DNA of 64,000 nt from Carcharhinus amblyrhynchos. Lineage: Eukaryota. Position 1 is the first letter of the stretch, and every line of letters starts with the position of its first letter. The position numbers and the translations under genes were made by a program. The stretch spans positions 105,152,001 through 105,216,000 of the forward strand of contig OZ336878.1 of assembly GCA_965287045.1 (NCBI GenBank). Reading direction: 5' to 3'. Shown here one piece after another: positions 51,151 through 64,000 of the stretch. Under the pieces are notes generated by a model. That model ran no database searches. It had not been told where the DNA came from and saw nothing but the letters and a program-made list of their open reading frames with translations.

Positions 51151-51174
51151 TCAGGGTTGCTACAGATTCAGTTA
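51151..51174 (-). CDS. Micro-exon E2 (24 nt, phase 1-1): (V)TESVATL
   Basis: ttttgtttctgtttgttttag|TAACTGAATCTGTAGCAACCCTGA|gtaaga; only the phase-1 frame is open. Confidence 0.8.
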
Positions 51175-52269
51175 CTAAAACAAACAGAAACAAAAACCTC
51201 ATTGCATATTTTCTAGCAGTTCATCAACGTTAAGATTACAAAATATAATCGCAGACGTTTTAAACCAAATACATTAATTATGGTTATTTTTGTAAATTTT
51301 GCACAAATCGCAATAAAGTTTTTGCAATATCACACCTTCTTCTACGCATTGCCGACTGAACTTGCGCATTAACCTTAAGAAAATATTGAACACGGACTCC
51401 CAAGTCTATTTGTTTTTCTGATTTCCTAAGTTTTTTCCCCATTTTAAAAATAGTTTATGCCTCCATTCCTCTTTCCAAACGACATAGCCTCATACTTTTC
51501 CACATTGGGTAAAGAATTGGCAGATGAAATACATTCTCTTAACCCTGATACGTCAGGGATCTAAAGTTCCTGTATAACAACAACGTACCTAGGGCTTTGA
51601 CCTGCCAGTAACTTCTTTGAAATAAAGTAAGAACATTATCATAGATGGTGCCACGGAATGCAAAGCATGAGGAATGGTTGATACTGGAATAATACTCGAC
51701 CTACAAAATAAGGGGGGGCTCTATGCGTGAAGCAACAGGAGTAGTAGTAAGGGGTCTTGTCGGTAGTTCTGCAAGTCTTCATCCATGTGTTGCTCAACAA
51801 ATTCCATGCAACGCTGGATTGCACGTTTTGGGAAGAGTATTTCCAAATTGGCCGAGGAGGCAAAGAATTGGCTCATAACTTAAAAAAATTAACCAAATTA
51901 GAATTTCAAGAGTCGTTGTCTTGAAATCTATCGGGCGTTTTATCGCAACCAACATAAGGCACTTTGGAACAAAACAATGCAGTATGCATCAAGGACCACT
52001 GCATCGACAAGTTTAAATAATTAAGTGTTGATGCAACTTGTGTATAGAATATTGTATGCCTAAAAGAACGCACACCAACGTCCACTATTAGACCAGAAAG
52101 GGCCAAAACAATGATCAGTAGGGATGAACAACATTCCCTCTCCCAGCATGCTCACCACATGCCCCTCCACCAACACCCTCGCCCCTCCTCTCCCCTCACC
52201 ACTGCCCCCATAGACCAGCCAGTTAAAGAAATGTAAGGATCTTCACATAAGAATCAGTACATCATTTAC

Positions 52270-52285
52270 CTTCCAGCAGCTCCAT
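52270..52285 (-). CDS. Candidate upstream/first coding exon E1: MELLE, phase-1 donor
   Basis: ATG GAG CTG CTG GAA G|gtaaat is in the right phase for E2; the 5' boundary is unclear (weak acceptors, A10 run). Confidence 0.4.
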
Positions 52286-54149
52286 GTATTTTTTTTTTGT
52301 TCTGCACTACCGGCTCGACGATGAAGCGGCAAATGAATATTTCAACCATTCACAATATTTTACATGACGAAAATGGATTGATGAGCAACAATTCCCCATA
52401 AGTTGGATGGTTCTTTTTCTATTTATACATTTTGCCAACGTAAAATTCAGGAACCATATGGAGGGACAAAATCATCGACAAAACGGCGCTGGGGATGGTT
52501 GATGAGATGTACCAACATCATGTCTTGTTCGTGGGAAATCTGATGCTGATATTTCAGTTCACTCGGCTCTGTGTTGTACTCCACACCAGAAGAGTCGCAT
52601 AGTGGGCAGAGGCAGGGCTGCTAATGAAGTGCTGCCTGCTAACTGGACCCAATCAGACTCCTTTAAGAGAATCTTAAACAACTGAACATCACTTAGGTTA
52701 TGCAAAATGCCATTGAGTTTGTGACAGTTTTTTCTTCCCCCCTGCTATAGCTGCCAGGGCTGCAGGAACAAATTCTAGACCTAAGCTTAAGACACATTTG
52801 CTTGGTATCTCTACAAATTTTCCATTCAAGTTTTCTCGTAGATTGATCTACGCACACATCTGTCGTAAGCATGGAAGCAACTTTGATATTCTTTGTATGC
52901 AAACATAGGTATTCAATGGGCAAGGGTTCCTTCTGTGAACTCAGTCGTTACAACTTGTGTATTTCTTCCACGAATTGTGCTGAACAATTCATTCAGGATT
53001 TTATCATGTAAAATATAATTGCGCTCGCATGTAGTATATAGGAAAATTATTGGAATTTCAAATATAATTCAACCTTCAAAGTTTTGTTTCTGATTCCCAA
53101 CACCATTTTCACACAAGGCGGGGTTTCAATCAGTTATTACTGTTATGATTTTAATCCAGCAAAAGTAACAAAGATTTGAAAATCCGTAATATTATCTAAG
53201 CCTTAACCAGTAGGATTTATTGCACTGGGTGTTTTATTGGTTGATTGAAACTCTCACTCAAATACTAATGTTTCCTTTAATTTACCATTATGAAGAGAAA
53301 ATAAATGGAAAAGACGTGAAATGTATAGGCAACTTCCGCTGGCGGCACGGCATTCATGACTGGGGGAAACGTTCCCGCCTGCGCTGCGAGGATCATTGTG
53401 AATAACTTCGAAAGTGGAATTGTACCGGATAAACTTACTCTTTCGAATTCATAATGATTTTTGAATTCCATTACTGACCTCTTACATCAAAGCTTGTAGT
53501 TATAACATTCCGATGTTTCCACAGGGATAAAGAGAAGCATATATACCACCCTCGGTACTGTTGAGAGAATAGCCTGTCAGTTGAAAGCAGAGACAGAACA
53601 CAATGGTCCAGGGCAAAGCCAAAACAAACCTTCCGGTGGTTTGCTCGTTATTTCTAGACAACTAAATGTGAACAGGAGGGGCGTTTTGCATTTGTCAAGA
53701 TGTTTATTTTTTAGATAGCATCCACACCGTGAGATGTTCATCAATAATCGAAATTAACGTCGAGGTGGCCATCCAATAAAATATCAGTTTTGACAACGTT
53801 TGATTCGATCCAAACTCAATGTTCCGCCTTCTGAGGCAACACGCCATTACGCGGTCGTGCAGTGAAAAAAAAATACATATTCACCGAAATGAAGTAAGAA
53901 CAGATAATATTGAAATCTGACAAGTGCCCCATTTGATATGGACGGCTTGTGACGTTTAAATGTTGTGTGACTGATGACGGCTTAAACCAGCTCTACTTAA
54001 GAAGCGGCGTATTGGAAGCGAATTGAGGAAAACTTAGCCGATAGCATATTATGAGAAAGAAACAACCAGTGTAAGTTTAATTATCTGCAAATTTGTAGCA
54101 TGGTAAGAATTCGTTTCAGTTTGGAATTTTTTTTGTTTTTTTTTATTTA

Positions 54150-57095
54150 ATGTTTACGTTTTCAGAGAATGGACTTGTCCTACTCCAGTTGTACGTGCTG
54201 CAGGGTCTCTTGGTTACTGGTGGATAAGGACCGGCAAATATATATTACTTTAATAATGCACGTTCTTCTGTGTGTACTTGTAGTTAGTAAAAGCTAACTT
54301 CCATCGTAAGAAGGACCAGAAATAAATGCTCCCGAGCAATTTATGATAGTTGATAATACATATTTTTCAAAGAGTACAATTTATAAGGGTAAGCAATGGC
54401 AGGACAAAAATCGTGCTTTATATGGCAAGGTATGAATAGTTCCAATGCCGGGGAGATCATATGTGCAGGGAGTGTCTCGAGCTTCATCGTCTGGAACTCT
54501 GATTTTGAGAGTTGCTGCGGTGACTGGGGACACTAAAAAGCATCCAAAAGGCAGAGTATATTATGGATACTAGGCATAGCGAGGTGGTCACGTCATAGGC
54601 TAACGTACATAGGTACGAAGGGTATGACTGACCAGCTGGAGGAGCAAAATTACACGGCAGACAATACAGGATTCTTATGTTGCTATTTCCCAGCGAAGCA
54701 CGTATACCACTCCTGATACTACAGAGGAGAATGGCCTGTTAGTGGGAAACAAAAACATTTTTTTTTGCAGCATGGTTGGCTTGTTTGCACAAGAGCGAAA
54801 TTAAAAGCGCTGTGATGCAGTGGTTGTAGGGAATCAAGTTTTAGGCGCCCATATGACCTTTCTGTGGCCACAAAAAGAAGGAGACATTAGGGTGTTATAT
54901 TGCCGACGGTAGTGATCCCTGCATTACTACCACGTGCGAGTTAAATACAAATGGATGTTCACATTGGATTAATATGCGATTAAAGGGATTGTGCGAGTGG
55001 GAAGATTTCAGATTTATTGGTCATAGCGAGCTGTTTGGTATGTACCCTAAAACAATACAAACTTAAACCTTTACACGTGGGCAGAATCTGAACTGACGTC
55101 ACGGGCATTTTTTTCCCGAAAGAATTTGGGATTGTTTAAACTCAAATAGCAAGCGTATGACAAACTATAAGATCAGCCACAGGATGGAAAAATCAAAAAC
55201 AAGAAACTATTTGGGTGAAATAAGAAAAAAAAAGATAGGCAGTAAGCAAGGCCCTGAATCAAGTACAGCGACAGCAAAAAAAAATGCTGGGTGTGACGAG
55301 TCAAGTTAGGAAAAAACAGAAGTCTATGAATTAATATGTGGAGAGTTGCAATACCTCGCAGAAGTAATGACACAAATGAACAAGAAGAGTTCGGGTATAG
55401 TGGAGATTCCAAACCTCCTTGTCTGGTTAACAGGAATAGTAAACCCTTATGTAGCTGTAGTCAACATTTTGGAAAGGCAAACTAAATTGAACCAAAAAGA
55501 AACAATTGAGCTGCATTGCTGGTTGAAGGAAAAAAAAGACAATAGTGAGGGACGGTATTTGCTTCGAAGATTTGAAATGTGTGTGGGCTGAGCTGAGTAG
55601 GGCAACGACCAATCAAAAAACATTGCTTTATGTTATACTGAAATTTACTGATGATTTTCTGAATGAAAGTAAACGAGGGATTTGTGAAACGTGTGATCAA
55701 GAGGTATTTGTGATTCGGCTGAACTTCAATCTGCATATGGATTGGGCCAATCGATTTAGTGGCAAATGGGAAGGAATATCTGGCGCGCATACAGTTTTGT
55801 TTGGAATACGGCGTTAATAAACCAACTAGAGAAAAGGTATCCCAGAATGGGCGTTGCGTAAATGAGAGAGAGAAAAACAAATAATGCTTTTTCATCTAGT
55901 TACACGACAACATTGCGGATAAGTGAGCAACATTTGATATAATTGCTCATCAAGATGGGGGCTAATGGACATAATCCTGAAAGCAGAGTCATGAATCTTA
56001 AAATGGGGAATTATGATGGTTAGAAGCGCAAGGTAGCTCCGATAGATCGGGAAACGGTTCTTTACAAGGTTATTGTAGAAAGGCCAAAGCAAACATTCAG
56101 TGAATGGGTGAACTGCAACGATTGTGTTTTCCACTTTGAGACTCAAAAATAAAATTATGGCAAAACATAGGTTACATGATCAATAATAGACATCACTAGA
56201 TGCAAGGAAGCGGCATAAAACATGGCCAGATAGATAAACAGTATTAGGGATGGGAACATTTTGCTATACTGCAACAGAAAACCAAGCGTTTGAACTAGAA
56301 GTAGGAGTTCGGAATGACAGTACGTTTCCTGCGAACATTAAAAAAAAACTTCTCCAGTTATATGAACAGAAAGACAAAATTGGTGAATTCAAATATAAAT
56401 CCATTGCATTCGGAAAGATTGCAACTTATCCCAGGAGACATAGAATCGCTGTTCAACTAAACGCACATGTTTCGCTGTCTTTGCAAAGGAAGACATAAGT
56501 GACATACCAGCAATGCTGAGGCACATAGGGTTCAGTGAGAGGGATGTGTTGAATGAAATTAGAATTAGTAGAGGAAAGCTGTTGGATAAATGCATGGGAT
56601 TAAATGCAGGTAACTTTCCATCACCTGATATTTCACATCCAGGAGTACTTACTGAAGTGCTTCTAGAATTAATCGATGCATTCATGGTAAATTTAGAAGA
56701 TTCTATAAATTTTGAATTAGATCCTGTAGAATAACATGCAGGTGGGATAATAGTCTAACGTTATGGGGAATGCATCGAAAAACAGGGAACTGCAGTCAAT
56801 TAATCCGAAGGTTGAGGTAGAGAAGTTACGAGAGACCGTTATCAATGATCTAATAGCAGAATACTTTGAAAGATAAAGTAAATTCGAAAAGTCGTCATGA
56901 GTTTCGGGAAAGAAAATGATCTTGATAAATTTAGATTAATTTTGCGAAGATGTAACTGATAAGGTTATTGAATGTGAGCAAATTAATGTTTTTATTTAAT
57001 TTGAACGTTAAAAAATACTTTTGACAACGTAAAAAAAGAAAGTAGCGTGCGAAAGTAAAGCACATCAGATTGGCTGCATTCTCTCGAGATGAATA
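54150..57095 (+). mobile_element. Old CR1 LINE 5' portion: ORF1 (esterase-like) and ORF2 endonuclease/RT N-terminus
   Basis: AVVVG...FCG esterase-like remnant at ~54815-54870, endonuclease-like ORF 55545-55817 (FNLHMDWAN) and PSPDISHPGVLTEV (ORF 56513-56734). Confidence 0.75.
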
Positions 57096-57114
57096 GGGAA
57101 CTGTTTAGCAGAAA

Positions 57115-57540
57115 AAAGAACAGTACAGCACAGGAAACAGACCCTTCGGCCCTCCAAGCCTGTGCTGCTCGTTGGTCCAACTAGACCATTCGTTTCTATC
57201 TCCCCATCCCCAGTCTGCTCATGCGACTACCCAGGTAAGTCTTAAACGATGCCAGCATGTCCGTCTCAACCACCCTACTTGGCAGTGCATTCCAGGCCCC
57301 CACCACTCTCTTTTTAAAATCATCCCTCTGATATCTGAGTTAAACCTCGCCAATCTCACCTTCAGCCCGTGACCCCTCGTGATCGTCACTTCCGAACTGG
57401 GGAAAAGCTTCCCACTATTCAACCTATCTACACCTTTCATAATTTTGTACAACTCTATTAGGTCCCCCTCCTTCTCCATCTTTCCAGGGAGAACAACCCC
57501 AGTTTACACAATCTCTCCTCATAGCTAACACCCTCCACAC
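57115..57540 (-). mobile_element. Young CR1 3' fragment of a second subfamily
   Basis: GDLIELYKIMKGVDRLNSGKLFP...TRGHGLKV (ORF 57219-57479) with a different 3' UTR ending ctgtgctgtactgttct. Confidence 0.9.
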
Positions 57541-58890
57541 ATAAGAACATAAGAAATAGGGTCAGGAGTAGGTCATCTAGCCCTTCGAGCCTGCCCCGCC
57601 ATTCAATAAGATCATGGCTGATCTGAAGTGGATCAGTTCCACTTTCCCACTTTCTCCCCACAACCCTTAATTCCTTTGTCTATCAAAAACCTGTCTATCT
57701 AACCGTGACTTAAATATAGTCAGCGAGGTAGCCTCCAGCACTTCAACGGGCAGAGAATTCCAGTGATTCACCACCCTTTGAGCGAAGAAGTTCCTCCTCA
57801 ACTCTGATCTAAACTGCCCCCCCCCCCCCCTTATCTTGAGGCTGTGCCCTCTAGTCCTGATATCCTTTCTAAGTGAGAAGAATCTCTCTACCTCTACCCT
57901 ATCCATCCCCTTCATTATCTTATACGTCTCTATAAGATCCCCCCTCGGAGTTTAGAAGGATGACTATACAGACACAGTCTATTTAATCTCTCTTCATAGT
58001 CCAACACCCTCATCTCCGGAATCAGCCCAGTGAACCCCCTCTGCAGTCCCTCCAAGGCCAATATACCCTTGGCAAGTGTGGCGACCAAAACTGCACACAG
58101 TACTCCAGCTGCAGCCTCACCAGTACCCTGTACAGTTGCAGCAAAACCTCCCTACTTTTATATTCTATCCCCCGCGCTATAAAGGCCAACAATCCATTTG
58201 CCTTCTTGATCAACTGCTGCACCTGCAGACTCGGTTTATGCGACTCATGCACAAGGGCTCCCAGGTCCCTCTGCACCGTAGCATGCTGCAGCTTTTTGCC
58301 TTTTAAATAATAATCCCTCCTACGACTATTTCTGCCAAAGGGGGTAACCTCCCACTTGCTAACATTATACTCCATCTGCCAGGTACTCGCTTAGCCAATC
58401 CAGATCCCTCTGCAGCCTTTCCACACGCTCCACGCAATTTGCTTTTCCACTCATCTTCGTGTCATCAGCAAATTTCATCACCCTACACACAGCCCCCTCC
58501 TCCAGTTCATCTACATAAATGATAAGTAGTTGAGGCCCCAGCACCAATCCCTGCGGCATTCCACTAGTCACCAACCGCGAACCAGAAAGGCACACATTGA
58601 TACCAACTCTCTGCTTCCTATTAGACAGCCAATCTTCTATCCACACTAACACTTTACCCTCAACTCCGTGCGCCCTAACCTACTGTAGCAACCTTTTGTG
58701 AGGCACCTTATCAAACGCCTTTTGGAAATCTAAAAACACCACATCCACCGGTTCCCCTCTGTCTACCGCACTAGCCACATCCTCATAGAAATCCAATAAA
58801 TTTGTCAAACACGACTTCCCCTTAATGAACCCGTGCTGCGTCTGCTCGATCAAACCATTCTTTTCTAGGTGCCTCGTTATTTCTTCTTTT
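57541..58890 (-). mobile_element. Young 5'-truncated CR1 LINE, frameshifted RT
   Basis: ORFs 57667-57915, 58022-58375, 58365-58652 and 58680-59039 tile the same RT as 20720-22306. Confidence 0.95.
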
Positions 58891-58949
58891 GCTGAGAATA
58901 GAACAAATAAGTTGCACCAAAACTGGATTGAACTGGGATCATGCCTTGG

Positions 58950-59785
58950 TGTCATAGCTGATAGAAAATAAGATTCTTTTGGAGGCTGCATGGACCAACA
59001 AGTGGCAAGTAACATTCGCACCAAACAATTGCCAGACAATGGCCATCTACAAAATTCGGGAATCTATGCATCTGCCCTTGAAATACAATGGCAATATCAT
59101 TGCTGGATCTCGCAGTATGAGGGGCCTGGTGGTTATCAGAGAACAGATACTGAACTGCACGAGTCATACAAATGTTCTGGCCATGACAACAAGCTAGGTG
59201 CTTGATGTCCTGCGGCCAATAACTTAGTTCGTGATTCCCAGAATTCGGCACAGCATCCGCATTATTAAACTCGGGAGCTTGATGCAATAAATGAATAAAT
59301 AAGTAGTAAAATAAAATCTCCGAACATGAAAATGGATACATCTCCAAAATACATTGGGTAACCCACTACATCCTGGACAAAACAGCCCTTTAGGGTGCTA
59401 TTCCTTTTACACGCATTCAATCCCTCCATCACTGAATAGCGAAGTAAATGTCACCATATTCAAGATACAAAGAATCTCAGGAACGTCCCTTACGCATCAC
59501 CTTCCAAACCGACGAAATAAAGATGGACAAGAGTGGCAGGTGTCTGAAAGCATCAACATATGGTAGTTATCGTTTAAGACATTCAGTATTCTGACTTGGA
59601 ATGCAGCTCTGTTCTATCACGCTGGATGTGTCAATGTTTCGCAACTTTGCCATGCAGCTCCCTGTGCCGAGACATGATGGGCCGTTGTGGTTCAAGAAGG
59701 CAGCTCAGCGCTATGTCCTCAACGTCAATTACGGATGAGCAATATTTTCTGGCCTGTCCGCAAAAATCTTATTCCTGAAATTAAC
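58950..59785 (+). mobile_element. Degenerate LINE 3' fragment of a different CR1/L2-like family
   Basis: WTNKWQVTFAPNNCQTMAI...HLPLKYNG...LNCTSH (ORF 58979-59197) is a non-LTR RT thumb-region motif. Confidence 0.7.
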
Positions 59786-61725
59786 GTTAAATTGGCGTTC
59801 CTAACAATCGGCTATCCACAGTTGCACACATTTTATTAATGCAATGTTCCAATCGTCAGTAGGTTGTTCCACTTTAAATTGCCTAGGCCAGTTTCACAAA
59901 AAAATCAATTGACAGGCTGTCATAAATCTCTTAAAATGAAAAAAAAAAGGCAGCTGGCATGCATACTAAAGTTGCCAAATGTGACTCGAATGCCCATGCC
60001 AATGGAAAGTGTTTCCATTACGCCATTCTTAAAAATTAGCCAGGAAATAGGGGCAGTTACCAGAGTTTTATGCCGTTTATCGAGGGAGCTATGATGATTT
60101 GTGTATCGTCCATAAATGTAAGGTTTCATGTCCAAATGCATCAAGTCCTGGAAGATGTGGAAGCTTGGCTCCTTTCCTTGTGTTGATGGATTTCGACTGA
60201 CCTGCTTCACTACATGAGGATTTGCGAACGGTACTTTTTTTAAAAAACTCTAAAACCGCAAGATTTTCGTTGCCTCCACTGCCTGGATGTTCGCCTCGTG
60301 GGACGAAGCTCTTTATTCTACTCAAAATTTAACTAATTACGCCAAGCTGGCAATGAACATCGACAACTCAAATGAACCCAATCACCGGAATTGTGCATCC
60401 GAAATGCAAATAAATAGATCATTGGCCTTCTCGAGTTGAGGTTTTGTTATTCCAGGAGTTTTATTTATATAATCTCTTGAATGTATTTCTTTTGAAGTTG
60501 CTGTCAGCTGCTCAGTGCACAATTTGCTTCCAGCAAGAGGCGACTACATTGGAAGAGACCCCACAGGAGACGCTTCGATTATTGTTTCTGCGGAAGACAT
60601 ACGTTTCCGCAGGCTACTGTATAGTCCCAATGTGAGTGAGGACCATTCTTGGAGATAGTAAGCTCTGAGTGGCTGTGATTATGAGAAATGCCAGCGACGC
60701 AGCCAAAATAGACTAAATTGATTGCCAGGGAAACGCCACCTTACAGATAATAATGTATGAGTCAGCCCTTTCATCCTGAAGTCAAATTACTCTGCAAAAA
60801 AAAAATGCCATCTAGCTGCGGGAATTACTCTTACGTGGGGAATAAACCTAGCAATGATTCCATCCCAGGCACAGGACAAAAATGAAGAATGCTGATCAGA
60901 ATTTTATAATAATCTAAGTAGCTTCTCCAGACATAAGTCGCAGACTAGCAGCACTTATGGAGCTAAATGGGAATATGCACTCCTTCCACTTGCCTGTACT
61001 GGCAGGCTTCCGAACCCCGCTGGCGACGTTTAGTCTTCAGCACGCTGTTTATGCCTGCTAACACTTTATTGGCCAAAGAGTATGAAATAAACGTCTGGTT
61101 CCCATGACGGTTGGGGAATGATTAGGTATAAGCTTCAGATTTGGACGATTACTTTTGAATACCTCGTTGAAAACTCAGCCGCATATTCTGTGGGGAGGCA
61201 ATGACGCTATACCATGCCAATACATCGACCATAACCCTGAAGTAGACAGTTAACTGTCTCAGATTTCGCTGTATCTCAGCCACGCATTTAAAGCTAAGAG
61301 GGCCAGCCCAGACGCTTTAACCGGGTCATCTGTTGTTAGTAAGAATGGTGCATCTTTGTGTCATTCCTCCAATCACAAACAAGTGATATGCACACACCTC
61401 TTCCGTTTTTGTCCGAAATCGTTCGACCATCTTAAAGTCTTGGTTGCTCTTTTAATAGCACGGTCTCTTATCGGAGAGTAGTTCGAACAATGGCAAGATT
61501 GGCGTTTTGACACTATTAGAAATGCAACGCCGGCAATCAATCAGATTCGCAAGTTGTGTGTTGGGCTGGACCTACTACGCCTGACAGTCAAAAGATCTGT
61601 CTTAGGGAAGTGCACCCACAGCCATTTTCTCTTGAGCGTGCCATCTCTGAATCTCGACCGGATTTCTGCTCCTGGCTCTTCCACTGCATGTTAGCTCGGC
61701 GACTGATGATCTGCTAGCCATTCCG

Positions 61726-63371
61726 TTAAATCGATGGTGCATCCGTCTGCCCAGGTGGATGTGATAATTCAAAAGCATCATCTGGAAAAACTGAACAGCA
61801 CACAATCTTAGTGCATAGCCTATCATTTAATTGTTAATCAGCTAGGGTGAAAAAGCTGGCAATTGTCACATTGCTATTCATAGAAGCTTCAGGCTTGGAC
61901 AATTGCTGATAAACATCCTAACATTACAACATATCCTGCGTCCTATAAATTTAAATCGACTTGGCAATAGACAGCTTTCAATACTAGTATTGTACTGAGC
62001 CAGGAGCGAAAGGAAAGATTACCCCGCTTTTGATGTTTGATTTAAAGGAGTGATTTTTGAGGGTCGAAAATGCTCAACAGATAAGATACTTTGGCAGGGT
62101 TTTGGGAGAAAGTCTCTGATTTCCTCCAATTCTGATGTCAGACGTAAAGCATCATTAAATGTGGATCATTGTGTTTAAGCATTGAACAAAATAACGTGAT
62201 TCTTTAATAATCAATTAAATATGATCGCACTTCGAATGCATGGCGTGTACGTTTGCACAATAGTGACATTATTTTCGAAATTTTCCCAAAACCAACTGAA
62301 TCCATAGGTTAGGTTAAAAAAAGAGTTAGAACATCATTCATTCTAACAACTGCCCCACAATTATTTGTTCTGAGACGAAAAAATAAATAAATACAGGGAA
62401 TAATTAAACTGAAAAAAGCGGATTGTCAACGTAAAATGTTTTTTTTTTCCCTTCTGTATCTCCTTAGTTTTGTAATTGACAATGTTAATTATCAAACTCT
62501 TATCGGAGAGTAAATCGAATGTATCGGGCGGATGTTATAGAATTACAGGTTTGCCCCCGTTGGTTCAGCTGGTACAGGAAATGTATTTATATTATAGACG
62601 AACATGCAAACAAACATGAACACATGCACACAATTACAACTGCGCATGCACATACTTACATCTTATCGCCCATTAGGATTGTGTTTTCTCACTTACCGCT
62701 TGACGTTGACTCTCCTGCAGCGTTATAATTAATTCGTTAATTATTTGGTATCAGAGGACATTTGGAACATTCGCTTAGTGGTAATTCATATGTATATATG
62801 CGTGAGTGTTTTTCGCTTGCCGGTATCTCAGACATTGACTTCATACACGCAAATTTCCTACAATACTGAACAGCCTACCTGCACTTATTGAGATCTGAAA
62901 GACTGTTTCAAGCCACTGCAGGGTTCACAGGCACTGACAATCGCTCAGCCACTACATTTAATAAGTATGTTTTTGATGATTATTATAGCAAATACTGTAA
63001 ATGACCTGGAATTACACGGCGGGAAAATGGCCAAAAGTTGAATATTCACCAATGATTACCTCAGTTTAGATTTTTGAATGCTAAATGATCCCTTCTGAAA
63101 TTTAGGATCACGGCCTTCATCAACATTCATTGAATGTTAATTCCAAAAATAAGGACGACATTGAATTTGGGTAGATTCATGACCTTTCCACGTGAGCAAT
63201 TCAGCGAGTGTTCTAATTCTTTGAAATATTGCTATGTATTTGTTCTTTATTTTGCGTTCTATAAAACTCACTACCATCAACATTTTGATTTAACAGCATG
63301 TTCAATATTTCCTTGAATGGATGTTGGATCTTTTTCTCTCGAAATGGAAGGAATGACAGGTGTGCTTGTAC
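61726..63371 (-). CDS. Candidate 3' exons of a further gene (63272-63371, 62697-62714, 61726-61781)
   Basis: AG/GT-bounded segments (tttgttttcag..gtgagt; ctgcag..gtaagt; gtttttccag) join in frame: VQAHLSFLPFREKKIQHPFKEILNMLLNQNVDG-RESTSS-DDAFELSHPPGQTDAPSI*. No recognised homology. Confidence 0.3.
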
Positions 63372-64000
63372 CTGAAAACAAATTTAACAATGCACGTTCA
63401 ATGTTTGTTCTGCAATGATCAAAGGCGGTTTTATGGCAACGTCGCTTCATCATTGATTAAGACCCACAAGCTGTGATTACAGTTTAAATCCTAGCAAAGT
63501 GCATGTTTGAATTTAAATGCAACCAGTAAAAGTGTTCGTTACTGTTTGAACAATGACGACCAAGGACGATTGGGTCAATGTGCTGTTTAATGGGGGCAAA
63601 TTGTCTCCTTGTCGTCATTTCAACTATTTGTGACGATAGAGTAATTGGAATGTACACAACTCTGAATCCGCCTCTAAAATTGTTCAGCAAGCCTATCAGT
63701 TGAAACGAGCCCCTAAGGAACGTAACAAAATGGTAGTGAATTTTAATATTGTGTATGGGAAACTGCATTTAAATTGTATATTGCTGACATGCAATCTTCT
63801 TCTTTCGAAAATTTGCACACTTTTGCTAAAATGCGAGAGTTGGCCCATGTGAGGGAACATGCGCCAGAAGGAATTCAAGCCGGACAAATGCGAGGGGGTG
63901 CATTTTGAATGATTAAATTTAGGTCTGAAATATACCGTAAATGGCAGAACTTACAGAAGGATCTGGGGTTGCACGTCCCCAGTTCCGTGAAAGTGGCAAC

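Noticed and set aside
5089-52285. Assignment to SCPP, tachykinin, TRIM/butyrophilin or CD3 families
   Set aside because: SCPP introns are phase 0 and no signal-peptide exon was found; no FxGLM motif, B30.2, Ig, transmembrane or ITAM exon is seen. Only the exon architecture resembles BTN/BG tails.

Overview
AT-rich vertebrate genomic DNA, most likely a cartilaginous fish, inferred from the CR1/L3 LINE, tRNA-SINE, Rex1-like and Penelope-like repeat content. Roughly half of the window is retroelement debris; the longest ORF (20720-22306, minus strand) is a young, 5'-truncated CR1 reverse transcriptase. Between the repeats, and not recoverable as a single protein from the ORF track, is a minus-strand gene built almost entirely from 24-30 nt symmetric phase-1 micro-exons spread over about 46-47 kb (about 52285 to 5089). 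Thirteen internal micro-exons form three tandem copies of a four-exon cassette plus one extra exon, and splice to an open, probably helical repeat protein of about 137-139 aa with consensus (L/I)xECxxLLQxxMRx(L/M)Lx(K/R)D. I do not recognise the protein. Weaker evidence suggests a first exon and promoter of another minus-strand gene near 3.6-3.8 kb and the 3' exons of a further gene at 61.7-63.4 kb. All exon calls were made by eye from splice signals, frame and internal paralogy; none is transcript-verified, and repeat boundaries are approximate.
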